A stretch of 64,000 bases of DNA. Source: Bacteroidaceae bacterium (GTDB taxonomy: Bacteria > Bacteroidota > Bacteroidia > Bacteroidales > Barnesiellaceae_A). Shown one piece after another: positions 46,851-56,509 of this stretch. The stretch's first letter is position 1, and each line of letters starts with the position of its first letter. The stretch covers positions 72,629 through 136,628 of the forward strand of contig JAFUOV010000011.1 of assembly GCA_017481745.1 (NCBI GenBank), read 5' to 3'. The notes beneath the pieces were generated by a model that saw nothing but the letters and a program-made list of their open reading frames with translations, made no database searches and was not told where the DNA came from. The position numbers and the translations under genes are program-made.

Positions 46851-47186
46851 ATTCTTGTTTTCTTTTGGTTCTGTTTTATCAGTGCAATGATTGCACAAAC
46901 TAAAAACCTGCATAAGCAACTAATACTCATGCAAGGCTACTTTTGCGAAACAAAGATACGAAAAAATAATGAAATTTACTGCTATATAATCGAAAAAATA
47001 TGCGCAGATTTATGCTTAAAAGTTTATAAAAAACAAATTGTTTTTATCTCTTTTTTGATTGTTTTCAATACGCATATTATCAGTGTGTTACAGCGATTGT
47101 ATTTCCTATGCAATAGACCCGTTTATACAACTTCTTGCATACGAAAAAAGGTTGCGCCAATTTTTCTGACACAACCCTTTATGATG

Positions 47187-47259
47187 TGACCCCGGAGAGG
47201 CTCGAACTCTCGACCCAATGATTAAGAGTCATTTGCTCTACCAACTGAGCTACGGAGTC
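47187..47259 (-). tRNA. tRNA-Lys (anticodon CUU)
   Basis: The reverse complement is GACTCCGTAGCTCAGTTGGTAGAGCAAATGACTCTTAATCATTGGGTCGAGAGTTCGAGCCTCTCCGGGGTCA. The anticodon loop is CTCTTAA, and the acceptor stem is GACTCCG/CGGGGTC. Confidence 0.9.
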
Positions 47260-47280
47260 ATCTTTTTGCTATTGCGGTTG

Positions 47281-47288
47281 CAAAGATA
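47281..47288 (-). promoter_or_regulatory. -7 promoter box (TATCTTTG) for tRNA-Lys
   Basis: The reverse complement of caaagata lies 22 nt upstream of the tRNA 5' end. Confidence 0.5.
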
Positions 47289-47405
47289 TGACATTTTTTT
47301 GGAAGTGCAATACTTTTATTCAAAAAATATACCTTTTTGTCGCAAGGAAAACTTAAAAAACAATCTTTAAAGTGATTATTTAGTGCTTGTTTCAATAATA
47401 TTCAT

Positions 47406-47413
47406 TACCTTTG
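47406..47413 (+). promoter_or_regulatory. -7 promoter box (TACCTTTG) for metK
   Basis: Matches TAnnTTTG. It implies a 5' leader of about 185 nt before ATG 47605. Confidence 0.5.
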
Positions 47414-47433
47414 CAACCGTAAAATCATTGTGG

Positions 47434-47510
47434 AAGGATTTGACTGCTTGCAACCACACAAAAAAATTGCTAAAACTGTTCTATGTCGAGCTGCCTATCG
47501 GGCGGTTTTG
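47434..47510 (+). promoter_or_regulatory. Candidate SAM-responsive leader element (class uncertain) plus a weak attenuator hairpin
   Basis: The segment is GGATTTGACTGCTTGCAACC...AAATTGCTAAAAC. GCAA (47450-47453) can pair with TTGC (47467-47470). The GAUUU...GCUU...UGCUAAAA layout resembles my recollection of the SAM-II/SAM-I-clan conserved cores. A hairpin CTGCC-TATCG-GGCGG followed by TTTTG lies at 47491-47510. Confidence 0.3.
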
Positions 47511-47604
47511 TGAGTTGTCAAGTGCAAGCCTTTCTTGAAATGAGTGTTTCGATGCGCATGTGTCGATGTGGTATTGTATTTATTGACAACTATTTATAAG
47601 AATT

Positions 47605-48924
47605 ATGAACTATTTATTCACTTCCGAATCGGTGTCTGAAGGACACCCCGATAAAGTAGCCGACCAACTGTCGGATGCTATACTTGACGAGTTCTTGGCG
47701 CAGGATGCCACCTCTAAAGTAGCTTGCGAAACACTGGTAACAACCGGACAGGTTGTGCTTGCCGGTGAAGTGAAATCGACTGCATACGTCGACTTGATGG
47801 ATACTGCACGTCGTGTTATCAACCGTATTGGTTACAACAAAAGTGCTTACAAATTTGACGGCGATTCTTGTGGTATTTTCTCTGCCATCCATGAGCAGAG
47901 TGCCGACATCAATCGTGGTGTTGAGCGCAAAGATCCCATGGAGCAAGGTGCAGGCGACCAAGGTATGATGTTTGGCTACGCTTGTAACGAAACCGACAAT
48001 TATATGCCTCTCTCGCTCGAGTTGTCGCATCTGTTGTTGGTTGAGCTTGCCAATATACGTCGTGAGGCGGAGCAGATGACTTATCTGCGCAAAGGTCGTG
48101 TTACCTCTTATCTTCGCCCCGACTCGAAGTCGCAAGTAACAATCGAATATGACGAGCAGAACAAGCCTGTGCGCATACACACGATTGTTATTTCAACCCA
48201 ACACGACGAGTTTATAGCTGCTGCCGACAACACCCCTGAGGCTCAGTTGCAAGCCGATGAGAAGATGCTTGCCACTATCCGCGAAGATGTCGAGAAGGTG
48301 CTTTTGCCTCGTGTAAAGGCTCAGTTGCCCGAGCGTGTGCAAGCCCTCTTTGACGATGCTTTGATATTGCACGTCAATCCTACCGGTAAGTTTGTTATTG
48401 GTGGTCCTCATGGCGATACCGGCTTGACAGGTCGCAAGATTATTGTCGATACTTATGGTGGTAAAGGTGCGCATGGTGGTGGTGCTTTCTCGGGTAAAGA
48501 CCCCTCGAAGGTCGACCGCTCGGCTGCCTATGCTGCACGCCATATAGCCAAGAACTTGGTTGCTGCCGGTGTGGCAGACGAGGTGCTTGTGCAGGTGTCG
48601 TATGCTATTGGTGTGGCTCGTCCTGTAAGTATATATGTCAATACTTATGGCAAGTCGCATGTGAAGCAGAGTGATGCCGAGATAGCTGCTATTGTCGACC
48701 AACTTTTCGACCTGCGCCCGCGCGCTATCGAGGAGCGCCTCAAGTTGCGCAATCCTATCTATGAGGAGACTGCCTCGTATGGTCATATGGGTCGCACACC
48801 GCGCACTGTTACCAAGACATTTGCTTCGCGTTATTTGCCCGAACCTATTGTTCGTGAGGTTGAGTTGTTTACTTGGGAGAAACTCGACTATGTTGATGCC
48901 GTACGCAAGGCATTCGATTTGTAA
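47605..48924 (+). CDS. metK: S-adenosylmethionine synthase
   Basis: [34 protein letters not shown] and [16 protein letters not shown]. 439 aa. Confidence 0.95.
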   Translation: MNYLFTSESVSEGHPDKVADQLSDAILDEFLAQDATSKVACETLVTTGQVVLAGEVKSTAYVDLMDTARRVINRIGYNKSAYKFDGDSCGIFSAIHEQSADINRGVERKDPMEQGAGDQGMMFGYACNETDNYMPLSLELSHLLLVELANIRREAEQMTYLRKGRVTSYLRPDSKSQVTIEYDEQNKPVRIHTIVISTQHDEFIAAADNTPEAQLQADEKMLATIREDVEKVLLPRVKAQLPERVQALFDDALILHVNPTGKFVIGGPHGDTGLTGRKIIVDTYGGKGAHGGGAFSGKDPSKVDRSAAYAARHIAKNLVAAGVADEVLVQVSYAIGVARPVSIYVNTYGKSHVKQSDAEIAAIVDQLFDLRPRAIEERLKLRNPIYEETASYGHMGRTPRTVTKTFASRYLPEPIVREVELFTWEKLDYVDAVRKAFDL

Positions 48925-48944
48925 TAATTCTATCTACTATAATA

Positions 48945-48976
48945 AAGAGGGCTCGCCGTCGGCGAGCCCTCTTTTG
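48945..48976. terminator. Bidirectional terminator between metK and the GT9 gene
   Basis: Stem AAGAGGGCTCGCC/GGCGAGCCCTCTT followed by TTTG. Confidence 0.75.
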
Positions 48977-48995
48977 CTTATGTATTGCGAGCGGT

Positions 48996-50042
48996 TTATC
49001 CGATTGTTTGTAGCACACGCTCAACGATAGTTTGTGGCAGGATGTTGCGTAGGCAGGCATAGTCGCCTCTGTGGCAAGGTTTGTTGCCAAATACCGAGCA
49101 GGGACGGCAGGGTAGGTCGGTCTCGACAATAAGCTGCGTTGACACGCCATAACCCATAAATCCGGCGTAACGATGTGTTGCGCCCCATATAGAGACTACC
49201 GGTACGTGTGTGAGCGCTGCCAAGTGCATATTGGCAGAGTCCATCGACACCATAACGTCTAAGTGGCTGATGAGTGCCAGCTCTACGGGAAATCCGTTGC
49301 GACGGTCGGCAAGCGATGTTACATGCTCGTATTTATCGCGCCAAGCTCCCAATATTTTTGCCTCGTGCTCGCCTGCTCCAAAGAGGAATATGCGAGTATC
49401 TTTTTGTTGGCTCAGTAGCGCTACAACCTTTTCCATGAGGTCGATAGGGTATATCTTGCCCTCGTGCTTGGCAAAGGGTGCTATGCCTATCCATTTTTCG
49501 CCGGCTTGCTTGGGCGATGACAGGTGGGCAAATGTCTCAGGGTTGCCGCGTTCTGCGCCGTATAGCGAGTCGAATTGTGGCGCATAAGGCAATCCCATGC
49601 GGGCAAAGACTTCGGCGTAGCGCTCGCTCGATGTTTTGAGTTGCACCATGCGCTTGTTGTGGCGTGCGGTGAGTAGTTTCTTGCCTATTCTACCTTTGTC
49701 GATGATGTGGATAGGCTTGCCCATAAATCGTAGCAAGAAGCGCAAGAAGTGTGTGCGCATTACGTCGTGAAGGTCTACCACAGCATCAATGTCCAGCGCG
49801 TTCAGCTCATGAGCCAATCGCCATATACCCACGATGCCTTTGTGGCGGTCGTAAATCTGTGCTACGTATAGTTGCAGGTTGGCGGGGTGATTGACAAAAA
49901 GCGACGATGCCACCTTTTGTGTAAGCATTACAAAGGTGGTATCGGGATAGGCTCGGCACACCGAGTATACTTGTGGCACAGTCATTGCCACGTCGCCCAA
50001 TGCCGACAAGCGCACTACAAGCACTTTCTTATATTCTGCCAC
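48996..50042 (-). CDS. Glycosyltransferase family 9 (heptosyltransferase-like)
   Basis: N-terminus KKVLVVRLSALGDVAMTVP. The C-terminal region DSANMHLAAL...PVVSIWG is typical of GT9. 348 aa. Confidence 0.8.
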   Translation of the reverse strand: MAEYKKVLVVRLSALGDVAMTVPQVYSVCRAYPDTTFVMLTQKVASSLFVNHPANLQLYVAQIYDRHKGIVGIWRLAHELNALDIDAVVDLHDVMRTHFLRFLLRFMGKPIHIIDKGRIGKKLLTARHNKRMVQLKTSSERYAEVFARMGLPYAPQFDSLYGAERGNPETFAHLSSPKQAGEKWIGIAPFAKHEGKIYPIDLMEKVVALLSQQKDTRIFLFGAGEHEAKILGAWRDKYEHVTSLADRRNGFPVELALISHLDVMVSMDSANMHLAALTHVPVVSIWGATHRYAGFMGYGVSTQLIVETDLPCRPCSVFGNKPCHRGDYACLRNILPQTIVERVLQTIG

Positions 50043-50081
50043 GACTGCGATAAGATTATTCTTTACAACTATTGTCGGCTG

Positions 50082-50687
50082 TTATTTCTTGCCGTACAAT
50101 ACAGGGTTGAGGTTGGGGTCGTTATACATCTTCATTTGCTTGTACACCTTCATGTACTTGTTACCGGTAGCTATGTCGTTCAATAGCTGGTCGATAGCAG
50201 TAGAGAGGTCTACGCGTTGTTGCAACAATACATTCAACTTGTTGGTGCAAGCCTCGATGTGTTCGGCGGCAGCATCGGTGCGCTCTACCTCTTGTTGCAT
50301 GTGATATATTTTTAGCGCGAGGATAGAGAGGCGGTCGATAGCCCAAGCGGGGCTCTCGGTGTTGATTGTAGCATCGGCAGCTACCTTTACGTCTTTGTAT
50401 TGGTCGAGGAAGTAGCTGTCTATCAACTCTACAAGGTCGGTGCGCTCCTGATTGCTGCGGTCGATGCGGCGTTTGATAGCCAATGCCTCTACCGGGTCAA
50501 TCTCGGGGTTGCGAATGATATCTTCGAGGTGCCATTGTACGGCATCAATCCAATTCTTGAGGAAGAGAAAATAGTTTATTGTGCGCTCCTCATAGGGGTT
50601 TTCAACTACTGCATCTACATTGTCATACTTGTGATAGAGGGTAGTTGTGTCCCAAAATATCTTGTTACATACTTCGCTGAAACTCAT
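50082..50687 (-). CDS. DUF4254-like protein (common neighbour of GT9 genes in Bacteroidota)
   Basis: 201 aa and soluble. Contains the motif ESPAWAIDRLSILALKIYHM. The family name is from memory. Codons 14-33 are duplicated at 56748-56807. Confidence 0.5.
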   Translation of the reverse strand: MSFSEVCNKIFWDTTTLYHKYDNVDAVVENPYEERTINYFLFLKNWIDAVQWHLEDIIRNPEIDPVEALAIKRRIDRSNQERTDLVELIDSYFLDQYKDVKVAADATINTESPAWAIDRLSILALKIYHMQQEVERTDAAAEHIEACTNKLNVLLQQRVDLSTAIDQLLNDIATGNKYMKVYKQMKMYNDPNLNPVLYGKK

Positions 50688-50712
50688 ATTGTCGTTTTTT
50701 TGTTATTTATCG

Positions 50713-50720
50713 CAAATATA
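50713..50720 (-). promoter_or_regulatory. -7 promoter box (TATATTTG) for the DUF4254-like/GT9 unit
   Basis: The reverse complement of caaatata lies 26 nt upstream of ATG 50687. Confidence 0.5.
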
Positions 50721-50821
50721 GAGTTTATAATTGTACGTTGCAAATTTTTGACCGATGTAAATACCTCTATTTGTTAAATGATAGTCGAATGACGGAGTGT
50801 GTATCGAGGGGGTAACTCATG

Positions 50822-50862
50822 CAAACAAAAAGAAACTGTGTCAAAATTTGCTTTTGACACAG
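50822..50862 (-). terminator. Rho-independent terminator of the pilus-like operon
   Basis: 11-bp stem CTGTGTCAAAA/TTTTGACACAG. On the minus strand it is followed by TTTCTTTTTGTTTG. Confidence 0.7.
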
Positions 50863-50908
50863 CTTCCTGAAGAGTTATTATAAATATCTATAAGGATATT
50901 GTTTTTTG

Positions 50909-53900
50909 TTAGTTGAGACGGCCAACGATTTCGTTGCGAATGTTCTTGCCTGTACCTGTACCGTTAGCCGAAACAGTTACATTTACAACAGAGCAGCCTG
51001 TTACATTGCTGTCAAAACCATTGAGGGCAGCACCTACTATCTGACCTGCATCACGACCGGCAGAGATTGTAACATTCTTGGCGGTACAATCTTTTATGTA
51101 GCCATTATGTTCTGCCAAGATACCGGCAATAGAACCTGCTTTGTCGCCACTTGCCTCGCTGTTGGCATAGGTACAAGAAACGTTGGCATTCAATACATGG
51201 CAATTCTCTACTGTTCCGATAAGATAACCGGCAATAACTGCGCAGTTGTGGTGACCTTTGATGGTTGCACCATCTACTGTCAAGTTCTTAATTACGCCCG
51301 ATGTGCCGTATGAGCCGTGTACCTCTACCCAACCGAAAAGACCTGATGAATAGTGGTCGCCTGTTTCAGCCTCTGAATCGACATTCAAGTTGTAGATAGT
51401 ATTGTTGTTACCATCGAATGTGCCCAAGAAACCGCAGTTGCCTGTTTGACCGATAGGTTCCCAATCAACGCCATCGAGGTCGATGTCGCCGGTAAGTTGT
51501 ATTGTTTTGCCCGAGAAGCTGTTTTTGTTTACGTTCAGTTCTTTGGCAAACCATTTCATGCCATCGACCGAGCCGATTGAGTATGTTTGGGTAGCATCGT
51601 CGTAAGTATAGTAGGGATAAGCCAAGTTGCCATCAATGTTGATAGTTACATATTGTTCGCCACCTTTGATGTTCCACAATGTGTTCTCGCTGAACAATCC
51701 CTTGCCAAAACCGTTGGCAGTTGTGTTGTTGATGTTTACAGTAAATTTCTCACCGTTGCTATTGATATCGATTGCAGTAACAGGCTTGCTGTCCCATGTG
51801 TAGCCAACCTCGGCAGCTGTAAATGTACAGTTGCTTATATTGATGGTTGTGTTGCTCTTATTATTGTCGTTGTATACTTGGATGGCTTTACCTTTTGAAG
51901 CGTTGAAAGTACAGCCTTCAAAGTCGGCGTTACCATAGTCGGTATAGATGTAGCTGTTTTGAGGATCGATAGTACAGTTGGTAAACTTAACAGCTCCCAT
52001 ATTACGGAATTGACCGGTGTATGTACAGTTATTAAATTCAGCCAATACGATACGTCCGAAACCTCCGGTATAAGAGCTGCCGGTGTTGGGCGACACAACG
52101 TTGATGTTGTCGAAGATTAGTGTCATGCCATCGGCGTAGCTGTTAAGACCGCCATCGGCTCCACCGGGGGTCTTGTTGAATTGCATTACAGAGCTTTTGC
52201 CCATGCCCTTGAATGTGATTGTTCCGGGAGTTGCAGTAGTCATCTTTGTAGGGATAACAAATTCGCCGGCAGGTATATTGATTATATCACCATCTGCAGC
52301 GGCAGCCAAAGCATCTGAAATTGAAGTGTAGAAAGCAGCTTTGCCCTCAATAGTGATTGCGCCTTCGAGAATTTTGCTTCCACCTGTTACATTTACCAAG
52401 TCAAATGTTGCGGGAGCATCGGCGTCAACCCATACAGCATTTACATTGTCGGCAGCAACGTTATCTATATTGACATTTTCGAGTGTGATGTCGGCACCGG
52501 CTGTCGATTTTACCATGATGGCAGCTTTCTTGGCTGTTGTAAAGGTTGCATTCTTAACTTCCAATGTTACTTTTGCAACATCTTCATTTACATATTGCTC
52601 GTCGATTTTGATACCACGACCTGCCGAGTTGATTGTCAAGCCGTCGATTTTTACTGTTTGACCGGCTGCCGAAATCCACAATGCGTAGTAGTCGTGTGTT
52701 TCGTTGATAGTTACATTTTTCAAAACCGAAGTTTTGCCATTGTTATCGAGTGCAAGAGCTTTTTCCAAAACTACATTTTCAAGTTGTACGTTGCTTTGGA
52801 ATGTTACGTCGTACGAGTTCCAAGTTCCTGTTTTTTGTGTACTTGTGAGCTTGGCATTGCGTATGATGATAGTTGCATCGGGGTTCACTGTGTTCAAGCG
52901 AGACCAGTAGTTGGTTGACAATGTGAGTGTGTGGTTGCCTTCGCCTGCTACGATGCCGGCGCCATCAATGATGATAGAGTCTGTTTCTGCACCACCAAGT
53001 TGGAGGTATGCATTACTTGCGTTCAACGAAACATTATCAGCCAAGACAATTCTTATTATTTTGTCGTTTTTCTTAACGGCATTTTCGAGTTGCTCGTTTG
53101 TTCTTACAACTACCACTGTTGTATCGGCGCTTTCGTCGAGATAATCGGGCTCGATTGTAACATTAACGTCGACACTGCTTGTGAGAAGTTGTCCGAAGAT
53201 GTTGGTACGGTGGTTTCTTTGTACGGGCACAGATCCTACGGTGCGGGTTTTCTCGTCAGAGCCGTTGGTGTAGGCAAATTGTACGTCTACAACTTCTTTG
53301 TCTGCCGATACCAACAAGTAGTTCATTGCGAGGTATTTGTAACCGGCAATGGGGAATGTCTCGCTTGTGGGAATGTTGTTCAAGTTGAACTTGCGTAGGT
53401 GCTGTGATGCTACATCGCCAGTTGCCAAATTCAAGGTAGTGTAAACGGGTACAGCCACCCACGATTGTGTAACATCATAACCTGCTTTTTTAGAGGCTTC
53501 GATGTCGTTTGTACCGATGTTGAGTTGTGCAAACGGACGAGTGAGCTTGATATCAACCGGCGACATGCCACTTGTTACGGTGAATGTTTGGTATTTGTAG
53601 AAAGCATCACGATTTTCGTCATTGCTTACGGCGTTGGTATAGTCTACTGTCATAGATTTGTTGGTGAGGTCGACAGTGTAGGGCGCATTGGGAGCAGCTG
53701 CCCAGAACAATACCGAGTAGGTGTTGCCGGTAGTGAGTTGCAAGTTGACGGTTGTGTTCAATTTGATAGTACCATCGGTAACGGTGAGTTCGTCGAGGAT
53801 GTCACCTTGAGCATCGTAAACGGCATACTGCAAGTGGGTAGCAGTAGTACCATCACTGTATGAACGGTTCACAATTTCGGGTGTGCCTATTTTGAACGAA

Positions 53901-54010
53901 ACGGTTGTTGTTTCGCCGGCATTGCCCAACAAGTTTTCATCTTCTTGGCAAGATGTTGTGAACAACATCATAGCTGCCAATGCACCATAGAAGAAATGTT
54001 TTGTTTTCAT
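50909..54010 (-). CDS. Large (1033 aa) surface lipoprotein: fimbrillin-like N-terminal region fused to beta-helix / GLUG-like repeats (putative pilus tip adhesin)
   Basis: Lipoprotein signal MLFTTSC. The C-terminal two thirds carry recurring beta-helix rung motifs: NNCTYTG, FTNCTI, FEGCTF, ISNCTFTA, IKNLTVDGATI, VENCHVLNANV, IKDCTAKNVTI and VTGCSVVNVTV. G-rich turns are also present: SGLFGWV, AGSIAGIL and AGQIVGAAL. Confidence 0.55.
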   Translation of the reverse strand: MKTKHFFYGALAAMMLFTTSCQEDENLLGNAGETTTVSFKIGTPEIVNRSYSDGTTATHLQYAVYDAQGDILDELTVTDGTIKLNTTVNLQLTTGNTYSVLFWAAAPNAPYTVDLTNKSMTVDYTNAVSNDENRDAFYKYQTFTVTSGMSPVDIKLTRPFAQLNIGTNDIEASKKAGYDVTQSWVAVPVYTTLNLATGDVASQHLRKFNLNNIPTSETFPIAGYKYLAMNYLLVSADKEVVDVQFAYTNGSDEKTRTVGSVPVQRNHRTNIFGQLLTSSVDVNVTIEPDYLDESADTTVVVVRTNEQLENAVKKNDKIIRIVLADNVSLNASNAYLQLGGAETDSIIIDGAGIVAGEGNHTLTLSTNYWSRLNTVNPDATIIIRNAKLTSTQKTGTWNSYDVTFQSNVQLENVVLEKALALDNNGKTSVLKNVTINETHDYYALWISAAGQTVKIDGLTINSAGRGIKIDEQYVNEDVAKVTLEVKNATFTTAKKAAIMVKSTAGADITLENVNIDNVAADNVNAVWVDADAPATFDLVNVTGGSKILEGAITIEGKAAFYTSISDALAAAADGDIINIPAGEFVIPTKMTTATPGTITFKGMGKSSVMQFNKTPGGADGGLNSYADGMTLIFDNINVVSPNTGSSYTGGFGRIVLAEFNNCTYTGQFRNMGAVKFTNCTIDPQNSYIYTDYGNADFEGCTFNASKGKAIQVYNDNNKSNTTINISNCTFTAAEVGYTWDSKPVTAIDINSNGEKFTVNINNTTANGFGKGLFSENTLWNIKGGEQYVTINIDGNLAYPYYTYDDATQTYSIGSVDGMKWFAKELNVNKNSFSGKTIQLTGDIDLDGVDWEPIGQTGNCGFLGTFDGNNNTIYNLNVDSEAETGDHYSSGLFGWVEVHGSYGTSGVIKNLTVDGATIKGHHNCAVIAGYLIGTVENCHVLNANVSCTYANSEASGDKAGSIAGILAEHNGYIKDCTAKNVTISAGRDAGQIVGAALNGFDSNVTGCSVVNVTVSANGTGTGKNIRNEIVGRLN

Positions 54011-54063
54011 AGGTTGTTTGTTTTTTTGTTGTTTGTAAATATGTTATTTGTTTGATATTATTT

Positions 54064-55140
54064 TTACCAATTAATCTCTATGTTGTAGTCATCGCCTTCG
54101 TATCCGGGTTGTATGCACACTCCTCCGTTGGCTATCGCTGTGAGGAATTCGCCCCTTACAACGGTGAGTTTGCTGCGTACAATGGGTATTTCTATTGTAG
54201 GGCTTGATGATATGAGTATGTTGTTTTGGTCGTAAACTTCGACGACTATGGCCATCAGGGTTTCGCTTCCGTTGACAAATATGTAGTCAAATCCCATCTC
54301 AATCTCTTGACTGTTCAGTGGGCGCATTGTGCTCTCAAACGACACCCTTTCCCAAGAGTCGGCAGGTTTGTCGGTGAACATGTTGTATTCAAAAGGCATA
54401 AACGACTTGTAGTGTATCACAATTCGATAGTCGTTCCAGCGCACGCTTTCCAATCGGCGGTCTATGGCGGTCTCTCCTCGGGTTATCACTCCCGACTCCT
54501 TCAATGCCTCTTCGACGCGGGTGAGGAACACCTCAACATCGGTCGATATGATTTGGAATTTTCCCATAGGACGTCGCATGTCGACCGTTGCTTCGTTTGC
54601 AATCTCATTGGCGGTGTTGCTTGTGTAGTACTCTTTGTTTATGACTACTGCTGAGGTTTCACCTCGGAAGGCATCGCGGAAATCGTTGCTGCCGGGATGG
54701 TTGTAGCGGTCGCGTAGTTTTATCTTTTCAAAGTTGTATGTATCGTAGAACTTATCTTCTTTGCTGCCGGCATCTATATAGTCTGCCCAAACCCGGAAGC
54801 GATATGCTCCCTCGGGCAGTTCTATACGTGCGGTATAATCGAGTTGATATATATTTGATTGAGTGATGACAAAAGTTGTGTCGGCTGTACGGCTCTCTGT
54901 TGCGACGTTGTCGGTGCGATATGCCTTTATGGTGTAGCGCACATCATGGGGCTCGACTTGAGCGTTTTCGGCGTTACTGCGTGTGCAAGTTATCTCTTTG
55001 TATAGCGGCATCTCGCTGTTAAAGTCGAGGTGTAGCAAGAAGGGAACGAGTGTATTCTCCTCCTCAGGAAATTCGTGCACATCGCAAGCTGTAAGCCATA
55101 GTACAGAGATGCACATAAGTATATATATGCATCTTTTCAT
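54064..55140 (-). CDS. Lipoprotein, FimB/Mfa2-like type V pilus anchor/accessory subunit (tentative)
   Basis: Lipoprotein signal MKRCIYILMCISVLWLTAC from ATG 55140. There is a 4-nt ATGA overlap with the upstream gene. The call rests on position and size within a DUF3575-led operon. Confidence 0.45.
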   Translation of the reverse strand: MKRCIYILMCISVLWLTACDVHEFPEEENTLVPFLLHLDFNSEMPLYKEITCTRSNAENAQVEPHDVRYTIKAYRTDNVATESRTADTTFVITQSNIYQLDYTARIELPEGAYRFRVWADYIDAGSKEDKFYDTYNFEKIKLRDRYNHPGSNDFRDAFRGETSAVVINKEYYTSNTANEIANEATVDMRRPMGKFQIISTDVEVFLTRVEEALKESGVITRGETAIDRRLESVRWNDYRIVIHYKSFMPFEYNMFTDKPADSWERVSFESTMRPLNSQEIEMGFDYIFVNGSETLMAIVVEVYDQNNILISSSPTIEIPIVRSKLTVVRGEFLTAIANGGVCIQPGYEGDDYNIEINW

Positions 55141-56441
55141 CGCTTGCCTCCTTTCTTGTCGAGGGGCAGTCGGTATGAAATCGTTATACCCACGTGGTCG
55201 ATACCCCAATAGGTGTCGTGGTAGGTGTTGTCGAGACGTCCGTTTTCGACGTTATGGAATGTGTCGTAGTAGAGGTCGTAAACACCACCACCCAAGGCAA
55301 GCTCCAGATGCCATCTTTGTGGTCTGTCAAGAGCGATACGGTATCCTACGTTAATGCCGCCACCCCAAGCCGGCGATGTACCGTTGTGGTCTTGGTAGCG
55401 ATAGTCGCCATTAAAGGCAAAGTTGTAGTATATAAAGCCGGCGTGAGCACCAAAGAACACACCTTCATTCTTGCTGTTGAGCCAATAACGAGCTTCGGGT
55501 ATAATGGCGAATGTGCGGAATTTCAATGAGGGCTGGGCGTAGTTCCATGCCGAGTAGTATATGGGCACAGAGAGCGACCAGTGAGGTGCCAAATCTACCT
55601 CGGCAGCCACATTCGATATGGCAAGTCCCCAAGCTGCGAGGTTGGTCTTCAAGTATAAGTGTCTTGTCCACACATCGGCGGGTGTTAGCGAAGAAGATGC
55701 AATATTGCATATTGTCGATGGCTTTGTCGGGGCTTGTGCCGCTATCTCCTTTATTTGTGGTTTTAGGACTTCGGTAGCCGGAGCATTCGATTTTGTTTTG
55801 GAGCGATAAATAAAGAGAGCCGATGAGTTTCTGATGAGAGGATACCATGTCGAAATCAGATACCGATACTCGGGCTGCTGTTTCATGCGCCACTTTTTGG
55901 TGTCGATGTTGACGTCGGCATTTATGATGGCCATAAATTTTTCTTTGGTCTTTTCCTTTAACGACTTGTCGTTTTTGATACATTCGCGTAGTTGGTCCCA
56001 CGACTCGCCATCGGAGTGTGATATTACTCTGGAAGAAACTTCGGGATGGTTGGTGTCGATATAGTTGCGTATTGATTGTGCCCGTTGTTCTGCCAGTCGA
56101 AGGTTGTATTTGAGTGTACCATCGGGCGACGATTGTGTGCGAATGACTACCGAATCTATGTACTCTATTCCTACCGAGTCGATGACATGCGCGAGGTGCA
56201 TCAAGGCATCGGCATTATTCATGTAGTTGGGGTCGATATCGTATTTGTTGAGCCTGAAGTGTACAGAAGTAGTATTGAGTTGTTGAGAAATATATATGTG
56301 TGGAGTATTGTGATTTGTGAGATTTGTGATAGCGTGTGTGTCGTTTGCAACTGCCTCGTTTTTTGCATTATGTGCACTATGAGCGTATGTAACGACCATG
56401 AAACACCAACAAAACACAACTGTTAAAAAATTTCTTTTCAT
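55137..56441 (-). CDS. DUF3575-like outer-membrane protein (first gene of type V pilus-type operons)
   Basis: Has a signal peptide. The C-terminal half LKTNLAAWGLAISNVAAEVDLAPHWSLSVPIYYSAWNY...GGGINVGYRIAL...LELALGGGVY matches my recollection of the DUF3575 barrel-like domain. Confidence 0.55.
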   Translation of the reverse strand: MKRNFLTVVFCWCFMVVTYAHSAHNAKNEAVANDTHAITNLTNHNTPHIYISQQLNTTSVHFRLNKYDIDPNYMNNADALMHLAHVIDSVGIEYIDSVVIRTQSSPDGTLKYNLRLAEQRAQSIRNYIDTNHPEVSSRVISHSDGESWDQLRECIKNDKSLKEKTKEKFMAIINADVNIDTKKWRMKQQPEYRYLISTWYPLIRNSSALFIYRSKTKSNAPATEVLKPQIKEIAAQAPTKPSTICNIASSSLTPADVWTRHLYLKTNLAAWGLAISNVAAEVDLAPHWSLSVPIYYSAWNYAQPSLKFRTFAIIPEARYWLNSKNEGVFFGAHAGFIYYNFAFNGDYRYQDHNGTSPAWGGGINVGYRIALDRPQRWHLELALGGGVYDLYYDTFHNVENGRLDNTYHDTYWGIDHVGITISYRLPLDKKGGKR

Positions 56442-56501
56442 TTATTAATCAGTCTATAAGACTTGGAAAAGATTTTACAAATAAAATATTCAATCAGATT
56501 G

Positions 56502-56509
56502 CAAATATA
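56502..56509 (-). promoter_or_regulatory. -7 promoter box (TATATTTG) for the pilus-like operon
   Basis: The reverse complement of caaatata lies 61 nt upstream of ATG 56441. A C7/G7 tract (56526-56532) lies 16 nt further upstream. Confidence 0.5.

Noticed and set aside
46882-46896. The palindrome GTGCAAT-G-ATTGCAC, 32 nt upstream of the gyrB start.
   Set aside because: It is a single 7-bp half-site palindrome and could arise by chance. There is no second copy in the window and no way to tie it to a regulator from the sequence alone.
46938-46945. A + strand TACTTTTG promoter-like box facing a 240-nt gene-free AT-rich stretch before tRNA-Lys, which could mark a small RNA.
   Set aside because: There is no convincing terminator or conserved structure downstream. 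It overlaps the likely gyrB promoter region (TATCTTTG on the other strand at 46951-46958). A single 6-position motif match is expected by chance.
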